DNA of 64,000 nucleotides from a bacterium (GTDB lineage Bacteria; Bacillota_I; Bacilli_A; RFN20; CAG-826). This document shows positions 19,504 through 28,277 of this stretch, piece after piece. Position 1 is the stretch's first letter. Every line of letters starts with the position of its first letter. The position numbers were made by a program, and so were the translations under genes. The notes below the pieces were generated by a model. That model had not been told where the DNA came from. It searched no databases and worked only from the letters and a program-made list of their open reading frames with translations. The DNA lies in NCBI GenBank assembly GCA_029098125.1, contig JAQXNS010000009.1, positions 6,556-70,555 on the forward strand. The letters are read 5' to 3'.

Positions 19504-21402
19504 ATGCATAAACTAGATATTTTACTTGCATCTTTTATAGGTGTATTAGGTTTATCTCTACCTCGAAATATTAATGGAATGATATTAAACGACACGACTG
19601 ACACGAGGATAAGTCATAAAAATAATGACATTGACAAAGAAACAATGGCAAAACCGAATGCACTAGCTCCTACTTATGAACTTCAAAATGCTAACAGTGA
19701 CAGTATTTTTAATACAGATTATTTTGCGCCATACTATTTTAGTAACTTAAAGGGCAGGTTTGGAAATAACGTTAAAGGCTCATGTACCTATGTTGCTGTA
19801 GATATGTTGTTATCTTATTATGATTCATTTTGGAATGATAATTTTTTGCCTGAAAAATATGATGGAGAAAATGTTTTTGTTAATGAAACCATCTTAAATG
19901 CTACTGAATCTCCTGGCTCAAAAAATGAAGCTGATGTTGGCATTTCCACAAACAATTTATCCGATGAAGAGTATTTAAATCTCGTTAATAATCATAAAGA
20001 TGATATTGTTCATTTTGACTTACTCTCTAGAGGTATTGAAAAACTTAATTTATACAATGAAGATAAAAAAATTTTATCTTTATCAACATCTCTGAGTAAT
20101 GTTCGTGATGTTATTTACGATTATTTAGATGAGTCAATTTCTCTAAGCAGAGATGATATCAAAATAGGGTTCAAAAATTCAAATCCAACAAAAATGAGAG
20201 AAACTATAATTGAGAATGTTTCAAAAGGCATACCAGTTATAATTGATGCTAGGGATCGTGAAGATTCTTCAGCTGAAGATGTTTCTGCACATTCCTTCTT
20301 AGCATATGATTATGATGAAATTAATGATGAAATCTATTGCAATGCTGGTTGGTATGGTAGTTCCTATTCGCATATAAGTATGACCGATTTAGGATTTCCA
20401 TATATACAAGAAATAATGTATTTTGAACCAACAATCGAGCATGAACATTCATTTAACTATTCACGCTATGATGAATATGGCGATACAGTTGAAGTTTGTG
20501 CTTGTACATCGATGATTCCTACGGAGATAGAGATTTTTAATAATTATTTAGATGTTAGTCCTACATTTAAATGGAATTCTTTGATAAAAGAAAAGTGGTC
20601 AGAAAAAGATAATCTTTATCACACTTTAAGTATTTTAAGAAACAATAAAAATGAGGCATTTAAAATTGTTGATATTTTTGATAATGAATGTATTTTGACA
20701 ACGCAAGTATGGAAAAATGTAATTAATGATGTGGCTGATCCTTCGTATTACGTTTATATAGCAATTGATTCCGAAACATGTCCAAACTGGGGTGATTATT
20801 ATTGTTCTGCATTATTTAGAGAGCCTAATAGATATAGCTTAAAATCTTCATTTTTACCAGAAGATTGGGGATTCGAAGGACGATATTATTTTTCAAATGA
20901 ACTTAATTCTTCTAGCGTAGCTTCTGACCCTGATAGAATGTATACGACAGTTACACAAAATAAATTAACCATTGATACTGAAAGATTAAGATGTGGCTAT
21001 ATTGAGGAATCCTATATTGTTCTTTCACCTAGAAGAGAGAATGCAGGAAGAGCATATTTTGAAATGAATTTTAATAAACCAGTTTATTCTTTTATGTATC
21101 GTGCATGTATGTGGAGTGCATCTGAAAACCTTGATGGAACTGCAATTATTCAAACTAAAGATGTCTCTGGAAATTGGTCCACTTTGAAAGATATTCCTAT
21201 TAGTTCTTTAAAAACTAAAGAAAATGGATTAACTCAATTTGCCGAATCTACGTTAACTGGTATTTATGGGTTACGTTTTGAAACAACTGCAACTGCTACT
21301 GGCGATAGAAACAAAGGTAGATTTTGTTTAGGTGATATAGTATTTAGTACATCATTATTAACTGCAATGAAACCTTTTGTTAACTATGATTACTCTCTTT
21401 AA
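19504..21402 (+). CDS. secreted C10-family (streptopain/SpeB-like) cysteine peptidase with C-terminal extension
   Basis: Signal peptide; 'GSCTYVAVDMLLSYYD' parallels the SpeB catalytic-Cys block GCVATATAQIMKYH, and 'SAHSFLAYDYDE' parallels GGHAFVIDGADG (catalytic His). Confidence 0.5.
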   Translation: MHKLDILLASFIGVLGLSLPRNINGMILNDTTDTRISHKNNDIDKETMAKPNALAPTYELQNANSDSIFNTDYFAPYYFSNLKGRFGNNVKGSCTYVAVDMLLSYYDSFWNDNFLPEKYDGENVFVNETILNATESPGSKNEADVGISTNNLSDEEYLNLVNNHKDDIVHFDLLSRGIEKLNLYNEDKKILSLSTSLSNVRDVIYDYLDESISLSRDDIKIGFKNSNPTKMRETIIENVSKGIPVIIDARDREDSSAEDVSAHSFLAYDYDEINDEIYCNAGWYGSSYSHISMTDLGFPYIQEIMYFEPTIEHEHSFNYSRYDEYGDTVEVCACTSMIPTEIEIFNNYLDVSPTFKWNSLIKEKWSEKDNLYHTLSILRNNKNEAFKIVDIFDNECILTTQVWKNVINDVADPSYYVYIAIDSETCPNWGDYYCSALFREPNRYSLKSSFLPEDWGFEGRYYFSNELNSSSVASDPDRMYTTVTQNKLTIDTERLRCGYIEESYIVLSPRRENAGRAYFEMNFNKPVYSFMYRACMWSASENLDGTAIIQTKDVSGNWSTLKDIPISSLKTKENGLTQFAESTLTGIYGLRFETTATATGDRNKGRFCLGDIVFSTSLLTAMKPFVNYDYSL

Positions 21403-21728
21403 ATAAATAATTCTTTAAGCTATTGAATTAGAGCTCTGAAATATGGGCTCTTTTCTTTTATAATATACTCGCTTATTAACTCTCCAATATAACGGGACGC
21501 CATTAACAAATTTTTAGTAAACATCATTTGTTAAGAAGGTTAGTCTAAAAATCGTTGAATTTATAATAATTTTTACTTAAGGCCAATTGTAAAAGTAAAT
21601 GCAACATATCAAAATTTTTAAAAAAAGATAACTAAATGCAACGTTTTTGATATATTTCGTTGCATTTACTTTTTCATTTCGAAGTTCTAAACAATATTTT
21701 ATAATAAAAAACCTGTCTTTAAAAAATA

Positions 21729-23508
21729 AAATCAATTTGTAGTACTTTTTAACGGTATTGACCAATTAAACAGCTCATTAATCTCGTTATTTTTAAACTT
21801 AGCGTTATCAATATTTTGAGAGAAATGAGTTTTAATTTTAGCTAAATAGTCTTTTGGTCTTAGTTGATTAACATATAAGTCATCATCAATTTTATAAACA
21901 TTAAAAGATTTCATAAATTGAATTAAATCGCTCGATTTGATCTCATTTTTATATACTAAAAATTGCAAAATTCTTACCATCAATATTGATGTATAGCAGA
22001 CAAGAAAATGACCAAAAATTGTATTTCGCTTTTGAACATAAACAGGTCTTGCATCTAGATTTGTTTTTAAAATTCTAAAGGTCTCCTCAATTCTCCATAA
22101 ATGATGATAAACATCATAAATGTCGTTTTCTGAGGCGTTGATTTCGGAAGTAACAATCATGTTATATCCAGCATATTTTCTATCTTTTTCTAACTTTTCT
22201 TTATTGATTTTTATTATTGTTTTATCTGTTATTTCTCCATCTTTATCAAGGCCAACGAAATCGATGTATGAGGCATAGGCGTTATATTTTTCTCTTTTTG
22301 CTTTTGATAGAGAAAGGTTATTAACTTTCAGTTCTAACTTGTCTAGTTCTAACATCTTTTTGTCGTATAATTTCTTACTCCAATAGACAACTCTTTTCTC
22401 TTTGACTTTGAATAAATTTTTCTTTCCATCTGCGCCTTTGTGATCGTATGAAAATTCATCTACGCAACTTTTAATTTTGAAGACTAGTGTGTCATTTTCA
22501 TAAGATTTTATGTAATCGTTTTCGAGATTAACCCAAACTTTTTCCTTTTCGCTTAATTTAGAAACTGATTTTGAAAAAATATAACCGTCGTTGTTTTTAA
22601 CTGCTTCGAAAATGTTATTTCCACAATTTAAGCCCTTATCTGCAACTCTTATTGTTCTATTTATTATAAAATTTTGCTTTTTTGCGGATTCGATACACTT
22701 TTTCAGCATTGGTATTTCGCTCTCGTTTCCTGGGTACATTTGCATTGTAATTGGTATGCAATTTCTGTCTAATAGAAGCCCCATTCCAATTATTGGATCT
22801 TTTCTATTTTCTTTTGATGGACCTTTGGCTCTAAGTTCATCTGCTTTATCTATTTCAAAATAGAAATTTGTGCAATCAAAGAAAGTGACAGAAGTATCAC
22901 TTTTATAATTTCTTGAAAGAGAAGCGTTTATTAGCTCAATGACATTTTCGTATCTAGAACCAAAATCATCCAAGAAAGCATAAACGTCATCTAAAGAATA
23001 ACTAATTTTCGGATTAATTACCGGCAATATTTCGTTGTATGTATATAACTTACTTTTAGGCTCATAAATTCTTGCACAAACCAAATCCTGAAGTATTTCA
23101 AAGTGCTTAAAACGTCGATTGAAAATAATTTCGAAAGCTCCAAAAATCTTTTCTAATTGTAACGTTTTGAAAATACCTTTAACTAAACTTGTTCCTATAT
23201 TAAAAGTCTTATTTTCATCTGAAATTTTTTCAGTTTTAGATATTATTTTTTTAATTTTTTTATCAGCGTTTAAATCATCAACATATTTTTTGTAATGCTC
23301 AATTGGATTTCCAATTTCTTCTGATTGTAAATCTTTTTCGTAACCTAAAGATTTGAAACATTTTGATTTAACATCCTTTGTTCCTTTGACTCTGAAAGTT
23401 TCATAGATTTGAAGATATTTGCCTTTATTTTTGTTAGTAACTCTTAAGTAATATGCCATAAATTTTATTCCTTTATTATATTATAGCATAAAGTACTACA
23501 AAGTACTA
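21729..23508 (-). mobile_element. IS1634-family element 2 with terminal inverted repeats ATTTGTAGTACTTT
   Basis: 21729..21742 'ATTTGTAGTACTTT' and 23495..23508 'AAAGTACTACAAAT' are reverse complements; encloses transposase 21732..23459. Confidence 0.55.
21732..23459 (-). CDS. IS1634-family DDE transposase (diverged paralog of 16952..18658)
   Basis: 575 aa; 'GPSKENRKDPIIGMGLLLD', 'VADKGLNCGNNIFEAVKNNDGYIFSKSV', 'YDVYHHLWRIEETFRILKTNLDARPVYV'. Confidence 0.8.
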   Translation of the reverse strand: MAYYLRVTNKNKGKYLQIYETFRVKGTKDVKSKCFKSLGYEKDLQSEEIGNPIEHYKKYVDDLNADKKIKKIISKTEKISDENKTFNIGTSLVKGIFKTLQLEKIFGAFEIIFNRRFKHFEILQDLVCARIYEPKSKLYTYNEILPVINPKISYSLDDVYAFLDDFGSRYENVIELINASLSRNYKSDTSVTFFDCTNFYFEIDKADELRAKGPSKENRKDPIIGMGLLLDRNCIPITMQMYPGNESEIPMLKKCIESAKKQNFIINRTIRVADKGLNCGNNIFEAVKNNDGYIFSKSVSKLSEKEKVWVNLENDYIKSYENDTLVFKIKSCVDEFSYDHKGADGKKNLFKVKEKRVVYWSKKLYDKKMLELDKLELKVNNLSLSKAKREKYNAYASYIDFVGLDKDGEITDKTIIKINKEKLEKDRKYAGYNMIVTSEINASENDIYDVYHHLWRIEETFRILKTNLDARPVYVQKRNTIFGHFLVCYTSILMVRILQFLVYKNEIKSSDLIQFMKSFNVYKIDDDLYVNQLRPKDYLAKIKTHFSQNIDNAKFKNNEINELFNWSIPLKSTTN

Positions 23509-23589
23509 CAAATATTTTTGCAAAAAATTAAAATTTCTAGTATTTAAAAAAACTCGAATTAAATCGAGATTTTCTATAGTTTTTGTATA

Positions 23590-23632
23590 GGAGAAATTCT
23601 AAAGAATTGTAGTACTATATTCTAAAAACGGG
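23590..23632. repeat. IS-associated about 40-bp repeat 'GGAGAAATTCTAAAGAATTGTAGTACTATATTCTAAAAACGGG'
   Basis: Related copies at 23760..23795, 18790..18823, 16929..16957 and 40562..40602. Confidence 0.6.
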
Positions 23633-23759
23633 TAGCAATATTGCTACAAAAACTACGCAAAAAAAATGGATTTGACAAAAAATCAACCCACTTTTATATA
23701 TTTATATATAACATTTCAATTTTTTTATTTTCTTATTTTGTTATTTCCAAAAATATGCG

Positions 23760-23795
23760 TCTAAAGAATTGTAGTACTATATTCTAAAAACGGGG
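23760..23795. repeat. second copy of the IS-associated repeat, 170 bp downstream of the first
   Basis: 'TCTAAAGAATTGTAGTACTATATTCTAAAAACGGGG' identical over 35 nt to 23597..23632. Confidence 0.6.
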
Positions 23796-23915
23796 CATTT
23801 AATGCGATAAGTATCTAACACTTTTATTTTATATTCATTGAATTTTTATAGTCACTATTATGGATTTTGGGTGAATTTATGATAAAATAAAATGGCAAAA
23901 TTATAAGGATTTTTT

Positions 23916-24785
23916 ATGGAAAGCAGACCTTTAGAATCAACTACTAGAAACGTTATGAAAAGTACTTTTGCTAAACTTGAAAAGCATTTAAATGGTGATG
24001 TATTAGTACTTTTTGGCGGAATTGATGATGGAATAGAGAATCTCGTAAAAGATTTAATTGAAGATTTAAAGAAAGACACAAAAATTAATCATGATACACT
24101 CTATGTTATATTAACCACAAATGGTGGTGTTGTTACTCCTATTCAAAAAATGGAATTGGTTTTTAGACATTTTTATAGGGAAGTCAATTTTATAGTTCCT
24201 GATTATGCATATAGCGCCGGAACCGTAATGTGTTTGAGTGGTGATAACATCTATATGAATTATTTCTCAAACTTGGGTCCTATTGATCCGCAAGTTAAGA
24301 CTAAAGATGGTAAATTTGTTTCAGCTTTGGGGTATTTAGACAAAATAGGAGCTTTGATAACTAAAGCTCAAAATGGAACAATAAGCAATGCTGAATTTAT
24401 TATTTTGAAAGATTTTGATTTAGCTGAACTTCGTTCTTATGAGATGGCAAAAGAATTAACAATTGATTTGTTAACCAAATGGCTTGTTAAATATAAATTT
24501 AAAAACTGGATAAAACATTCTAATGGCACGCCTGTTACTATGGCCGAAAAGAATAAAAGGGCAGAAGAGATTGCGAATAAATTGAGTGATAACAGCAATA
24601 TATGGAAATCTCACGGAAGACCCATTTCGATGGAGACTCTTAAGAATGAATTGAAATTGCAAATTCAAGATATTGATAGTGATGTCAAATTATCCAATTT
24701 ACTAAATTCTTATTATAAATGCTTAACAGAATATATTCGAAAAAATAATTATGGTCATTTTTTCCAAACGAGGAAGTTTTTATGA
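23916..24785 (+). CDS. SDH-family ClpP/crotonase-fold serine protease
   Basis: AAGGA RBS; 'LTTNGGVVTPIQKM...FIVPDYAYSAGTVMCLSGDNIYM...LGPIDPQ' matches the ClpP/SppA-like nucleophile-Ser region (xxSAGxxxxxxGD). Confidence 0.5.
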   Translation: MESRPLESTTRNVMKSTFAKLEKHLNGDVLVLFGGIDDGIENLVKDLIEDLKKDTKINHDTLYVILTTNGGVVTPIQKMELVFRHFYREVNFIVPDYAYSAGTVMCLSGDNIYMNYFSNLGPIDPQVKTKDGKFVSALGYLDKIGALITKAQNGTISNAEFIILKDFDLAELRSYEMAKELTIDLLTKWLVKYKFKNWIKHSNGTPVTMAEKNKRAEEIANKLSDNSNIWKSHGRPISMETLKNELKLQIQDIDSDVKLSNLLNSYYKCLTEYIRKNNYGHFFQTRKFL

Positions 24786-24964
24786 AAAATAAAAAAATGG
24801 TGGATGCAATCAATGATTTAAATTTTATTCTAGATGAAAAAGGACAAAGTCTTTTGGATTTTTTGAACATATATAAAAATATGGTTGCGTCTGGCCTTAC
24901 AAAAAAAAGGGAAAATGCAATTGCGATTGATTATAATAATCGTAATTCAAACTTTAAAAATTGA
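24782..24964 (+). CDS. hypothetical 60-aa protein, translationally coupled to the protease
   Basis: ATGA overlap with upstream stop; no motif. Confidence 0.3.
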   Translation: MKNKKMVDAINDLNFILDEKGQSLLDFLNIYKNMVASGLTKKRENAIAIDYNNRNSNFKN

Positions 24965-25005
24965 AAAAAGAAGAGAATTGAATATCCATGATTAATTGGG
25001 GATGT

Positions 25006-26091
25006 TTAGAAACCTAGAATAGGTTTCCATCCTTTTTTAAATGAATTTATTAAAAGATAGTTTTTAGAATTTCCAACCTCAATTGCTCTAATCATTTGCT
25101 TATCAAATGTAAGAAGTTGTGAATTATCTCTAACAAAGCATAAAATCCAAAAATCTTCAGCGTCATTAGTATCCATTTTAGTTTCATTATTAAAAAAATC
25201 TTTAATTACTTGTAATACATATTCGCATTGACAGGAAGAATAATTTTTTGAAACCAAAACGTTTTTAATTGTATTTAAAATATCAGCAATATTGGTCAAG
25301 TTTTTATTTTCTGATTGATACCATTCTTTATATTTTTGAATAACTGTTTTGTTATCCACTTTATTTACCATAGATGATAAGTTATAAGTTGGTTCTTTAT
25401 TCTTGCTAATTTCGTCATAAATATAATCAAATGGTATTAATAAATAAGAAGAACAGTCTATTATTATCTCTTCAAAAAGATTTCTAAATGACTTCTTTTC
25501 TTTGCCAATAGAATAATCATTGATTAATTTGTTTCTAATCTTTTCTTTTAAAGTATCAACTATTAGTTCATAATTTTTTTCAATAAAAGCATTAACAGCA
25601 TAATTGTATGTTTTATAATATTGCTCATCCTCATAATGAGCTAAAAGAAAATATGTAATAACTATTTGTAAAGGTAAAATATATAAAAATTCTGTTTCTG
25701 ATCTGATTTTTTCTTCAAGCAAGTATTTTTTATATTTTTTAATATTTTTATAATTTTGCCTAATACTTTGCATAATCTTTTCATCAATATTAAAAAGATG
25801 ACCCATATTTTTACAAAACAAATCATATTTATATTCATTCCTAATTTTTTCTAGTCCTCTAATTACTTTCTTAAGTTTCAGACAATTGTTCTTAAATTTA
25901 TTGGATATTTCAAAAATAGAAACCGGGCTTATGAATAGGTTTTTATTTTTTAAATTATTACTTAAGAATGAATTAAGTTTTTCATAATCAATGTCTGGTC
26001 TATCTAAAGCACCGACGCCTTTCAATTTTGTTCCTTTTAGTGATAATAGTTCGTAAACTAAATTTGTATCTAAAATATATATTTTTCCCAT
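25006..26091 (-). CDS. hypothetical protein with PIN-like N-terminus (possible DUF4935-type PIN nuclease)
   Basis: 'MGKIYILDTNLVYELLS' resembles the PIN first strand (hhhLDTNvl); later acidic positions 'SIFEIS' and 'LLTFDKQ'; ORF-track start 26097 is TTG, ATG at 26091 used. Confidence 0.35.
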   Translation of the reverse strand: MGKIYILDTNLVYELLSLKGTKLKGVGALDRPDIDYEKLNSFLSNNLKNKNLFISPVSIFEISNKFKNNCLKLKKVIRGLEKIRNEYKYDLFCKNMGHLFNIDEKIMQSIRQNYKNIKKYKKYLLEEKIRSETEFLYILPLQIVITYFLLAHYEDEQYYKTYNYAVNAFIEKNYELIVDTLKEKIRNKLINDYSIGKEKKSFRNLFEEIIIDCSSYLLIPFDYIYDEISKNKEPTYNLSSMVNKVDNKTVIQKYKEWYQSENKNLTNIADILNTIKNVLVSKNYSSCQCEYVLQVIKDFFNNETKMDTNDAEDFWILCFVRDNSQLLTFDKQMIRAIEVGNSKNYLLINSFKKGWKPILGF

Positions 26092-26266
26092 AATCAAGAC
26101 CTAATTATTTTCCACTAAATTATAGCGCATTTCTTAGCTTTTTGATTTGCTTAAAAATGAAAAATAAGTAAAAATTAAACGATTGAGTTGACTTTGTCAA
26201 CTAACCATTATTTAAAAATTAAACAAAATAGAATTGCTAGTGCTATAATAAAAAAGTGAGGAAATT

Positions 26267-27088
26267 ATGAGACTAAAAAGGTTATTAATGTTTGCAATAG
26301 GTTCAGCTTTTCTTTTAACTAGTGCTGGAAAACCTGTTGCTATTGCAAATGAAATCAACAAAATTAACGAAAACGTTACTCAAAAAGTTATGCGTCTTGT
26401 AAACTCTGTTAGTGATGAAGAGGATACCGAAGATCCTGAAGAGATTCTTATTAGAGCTATTGAAGATTACAAAGAAGAATTTGACAGTTATATTGATATT
26501 ACTGGCTTAAATGTTGATGTTAAAGAATCAATCACACTACCGGAATTTGACATTAATTATGTGGCTCCAACTTATGCGGAAGTTATGCATGAGTATCAAC
26601 TCAATCTCGAAGCATCTTTAACAGCAACTCAACTAATGAGGTATGATGATTTAAGAAGAGCTGATTTTAATTTTGATAAGTATGTTGCTTTAAACCAAAA
26701 TAAATATCTTGACCTGACTGTTCCACCTAAGTACGAGCATGTTACTACTATGGCAGTAGTTACAACAGCATTAGTTGGAATGTTAAGTAGTGCGGGATTA
26801 ACTCAAGCTGCAATAAGTGCCTTTACTGGAGCTGTTAGCACTTTGTCAGCGGCAATTTCTACATCATGGATACCATTTATTGGTTGGGCACTTGCTGTAG
26901 GTCTTGCAACCGGCGCATTAATTGCTTTGACTGTAATCATTGTTCAATACTGGGATGAAATTTGTTCGGTTATTAATGATATAAAAAATTGGTTTTTAGA
27001 ACAATTTAGTGCTTTTGCAGATTTAATTAATTCTTTTTTGATGATGCAAAAGCCAAAGTCGAAGAATCTTCAAATGCGGGGTCAGTGA
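26267..27088 (+). CDS. secreted protein with C-terminal Gly/Ala/Ser/Thr-rich hydrophobic region
   Basis: GAGGAAA RBS; signal peptide MRLKRLLMFAIGSAFLLTSAGKPVAIA; C-terminal 'VVTTALVGMLSSAGLTQAAISAFTGAVSTLSAAISTSWIPFIGWALAVGLATGALIALTVIIV' (2-3 predicted TM segments). Confidence 0.55.
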   Translation: MRLKRLLMFAIGSAFLLTSAGKPVAIANEINKINENVTQKVMRLVNSVSDEEDTEDPEEILIRAIEDYKEEFDSYIDITGLNVDVKESITLPEFDINYVAPTYAEVMHEYQLNLEASLTATQLMRYDDLRRADFNFDKYVALNQNKYLDLTVPPKYEHVTTMAVVTTALVGMLSSAGLTQAAISAFTGAVSTLSAAISTSWIPFIGWALAVGLATGALIALTVIIVQYWDEICSVINDIKNWFLEQFSAFADLINSFLMMQKPKSKNLQMRGQ

Positions 27089-27567
27089 CTGTAGGTAATA
27101 AAGAATTGACATTCCAAGAAGTAGAAACACGCGACGTAGCCACTCAAACTGCTCTTGTTAAAAAAGTTATATGGACAGACGATATATTTTTGATGAGATA
27201 TGTAAGTTATAAAAGCTTTCAAATTTGTTTTATTCCTGTGTCTTTCGATTTTTGTGTAGAATGGGGGACTCATAGACTTGGATTAAGTTCATATACCTGG
27301 TACCAAAATAAAGCAAGAAATTTGATATTATATGCTGGCTCCGGAGTTACCACGAATGCACCAGAGATTGACTTTTCTACTGATTCTGGTACTATTTTTA
27401 TGAAACATTTTCATAATTGTAAAATTGTTAATAATCAAATTGTAAGAATTGAAACACAGCCAATGCATTGGACTCATAGTTTCTTTGGACAATTATATTA
27501 TTATCCAACTGGCTCGAACGAACCTATAGTCCATCCTGATAGTCCAAATCCAAATCCTAATGCTTAA
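27085..27567 (+). CDS. hypothetical protein (GTG start overlapping upstream stop)
   Basis: ORF only; ends in PNPNPNA low-complexity tail. Confidence 0.35.
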   Translation: MTVGNKELTFQEVETRDVATQTALVKKVIWTDDIFLMRYVSYKSFQICFIPVSFDFCVEWGTHRLGLSSYTWYQNKARNLILYAGSGVTTNAPEIDFSTDSGTIFMKHFHNCKIVNNQIVRIETQPMHWTHSFFGQLYYYPTGSNEPIVHPDSPNPNPNA

Positions 27568-27949
27568 TATGAATCATAAATTTAAAAAAGGCGACGTTGT
27601 CTACATAATTTGTTACATAAATTTGGAATATGAGTTAGGAAAAATAGTTGAGTTTGATGAAACAAAAAATATGTATAAGATGATCCACTTCTTAGATAAT
27701 CAAGATCCAGAAGGCTTTTGGCGCTGGTGCTATGTAAAAGAAGAAGATATTGATTTTGCAAAAAATATTGGTCTAGATTACTATAAAAATTATTTTAAAA
27801 AAGAACCAATGTTGACTAAATCTAATTTTTCTGAGCTTTATACGACGGAATATGAATTAGCAAAAAAATTTTATGAGGGGAAAATAACTAGACAAGATTA
27901 CTTTGACGGAGCTATTAAGCTATGGGAATTAGAGAAAAATAAAAAATGA
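27560..27949 (+). CDS. hypothetical small cytoplasmic protein (immunity-like candidate)
   Basis: 8-bp overlap with upstream ORF; no motif. Confidence 0.4.
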   Translation: MLNMNHKFKKGDVVYIICYINLEYELGKIVEFDETKNMYKMIHFLDNQDPEGFWRWCYVKEEDIDFAKNIGLDYYKNYFKKEPMLTKSNFSELYTTEYELAKKFYEGKITRQDYFDGAIKLWELEKNKK

Positions 27950-27977
27950 TAATCTACCCAAGATTAGCAATAATGGA

Positions 27978-28235
27978 ATGACTGAGAAGCGCTTCGATTT
28001 TGTGTTTATTAAAGGAAAACATGTCTATGCTTGCGAATGTAACTTTTATGGTGTCGGTGGCTCTAAACTAAATGAGACCGCGAGAAGTTATAAGACTTTA
28101 GCTCTAGAGGCGAAGGACATTCCTAACTTCACCTTCCCTTGGTTCACGTATGGGACGGGTTGGATTTTTGCAAAACACAATCTCGAAGAAACATTTGATG
28201 TTCTAGAAACGGTTTACAATTTGAATGATTTATAA
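27978..28235 (+). CDS. hypothetical 85-aa protein, possibly a fragment of a larger (nuclease-like?) gene
   Basis: 'DFVFIKGKHVYACECNFYGVGGSKLNE' looks like a conserved core but no family recognised with confidence. Confidence 0.3.
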   Translation: MTEKRFDFVFIKGKHVYACECNFYGVGGSKLNETARSYKTLALEAKDIPNFTFPWFTYGTGWIFAKHNLEETFDVLETVYNLNDL

Positions 28236-28277
28236 AGTCAATCAATTAATTTATTTTGACTGTGAGATAAAAGTTAT

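Noticed and set aside
16929-23508. Bona fide composite transposon
   Set aside because: The two IS1634-family transposases are clearly diverged paralogs rather than identical copies, so cooperative transposition is uncertain. It is reported as a flanked cassette only.
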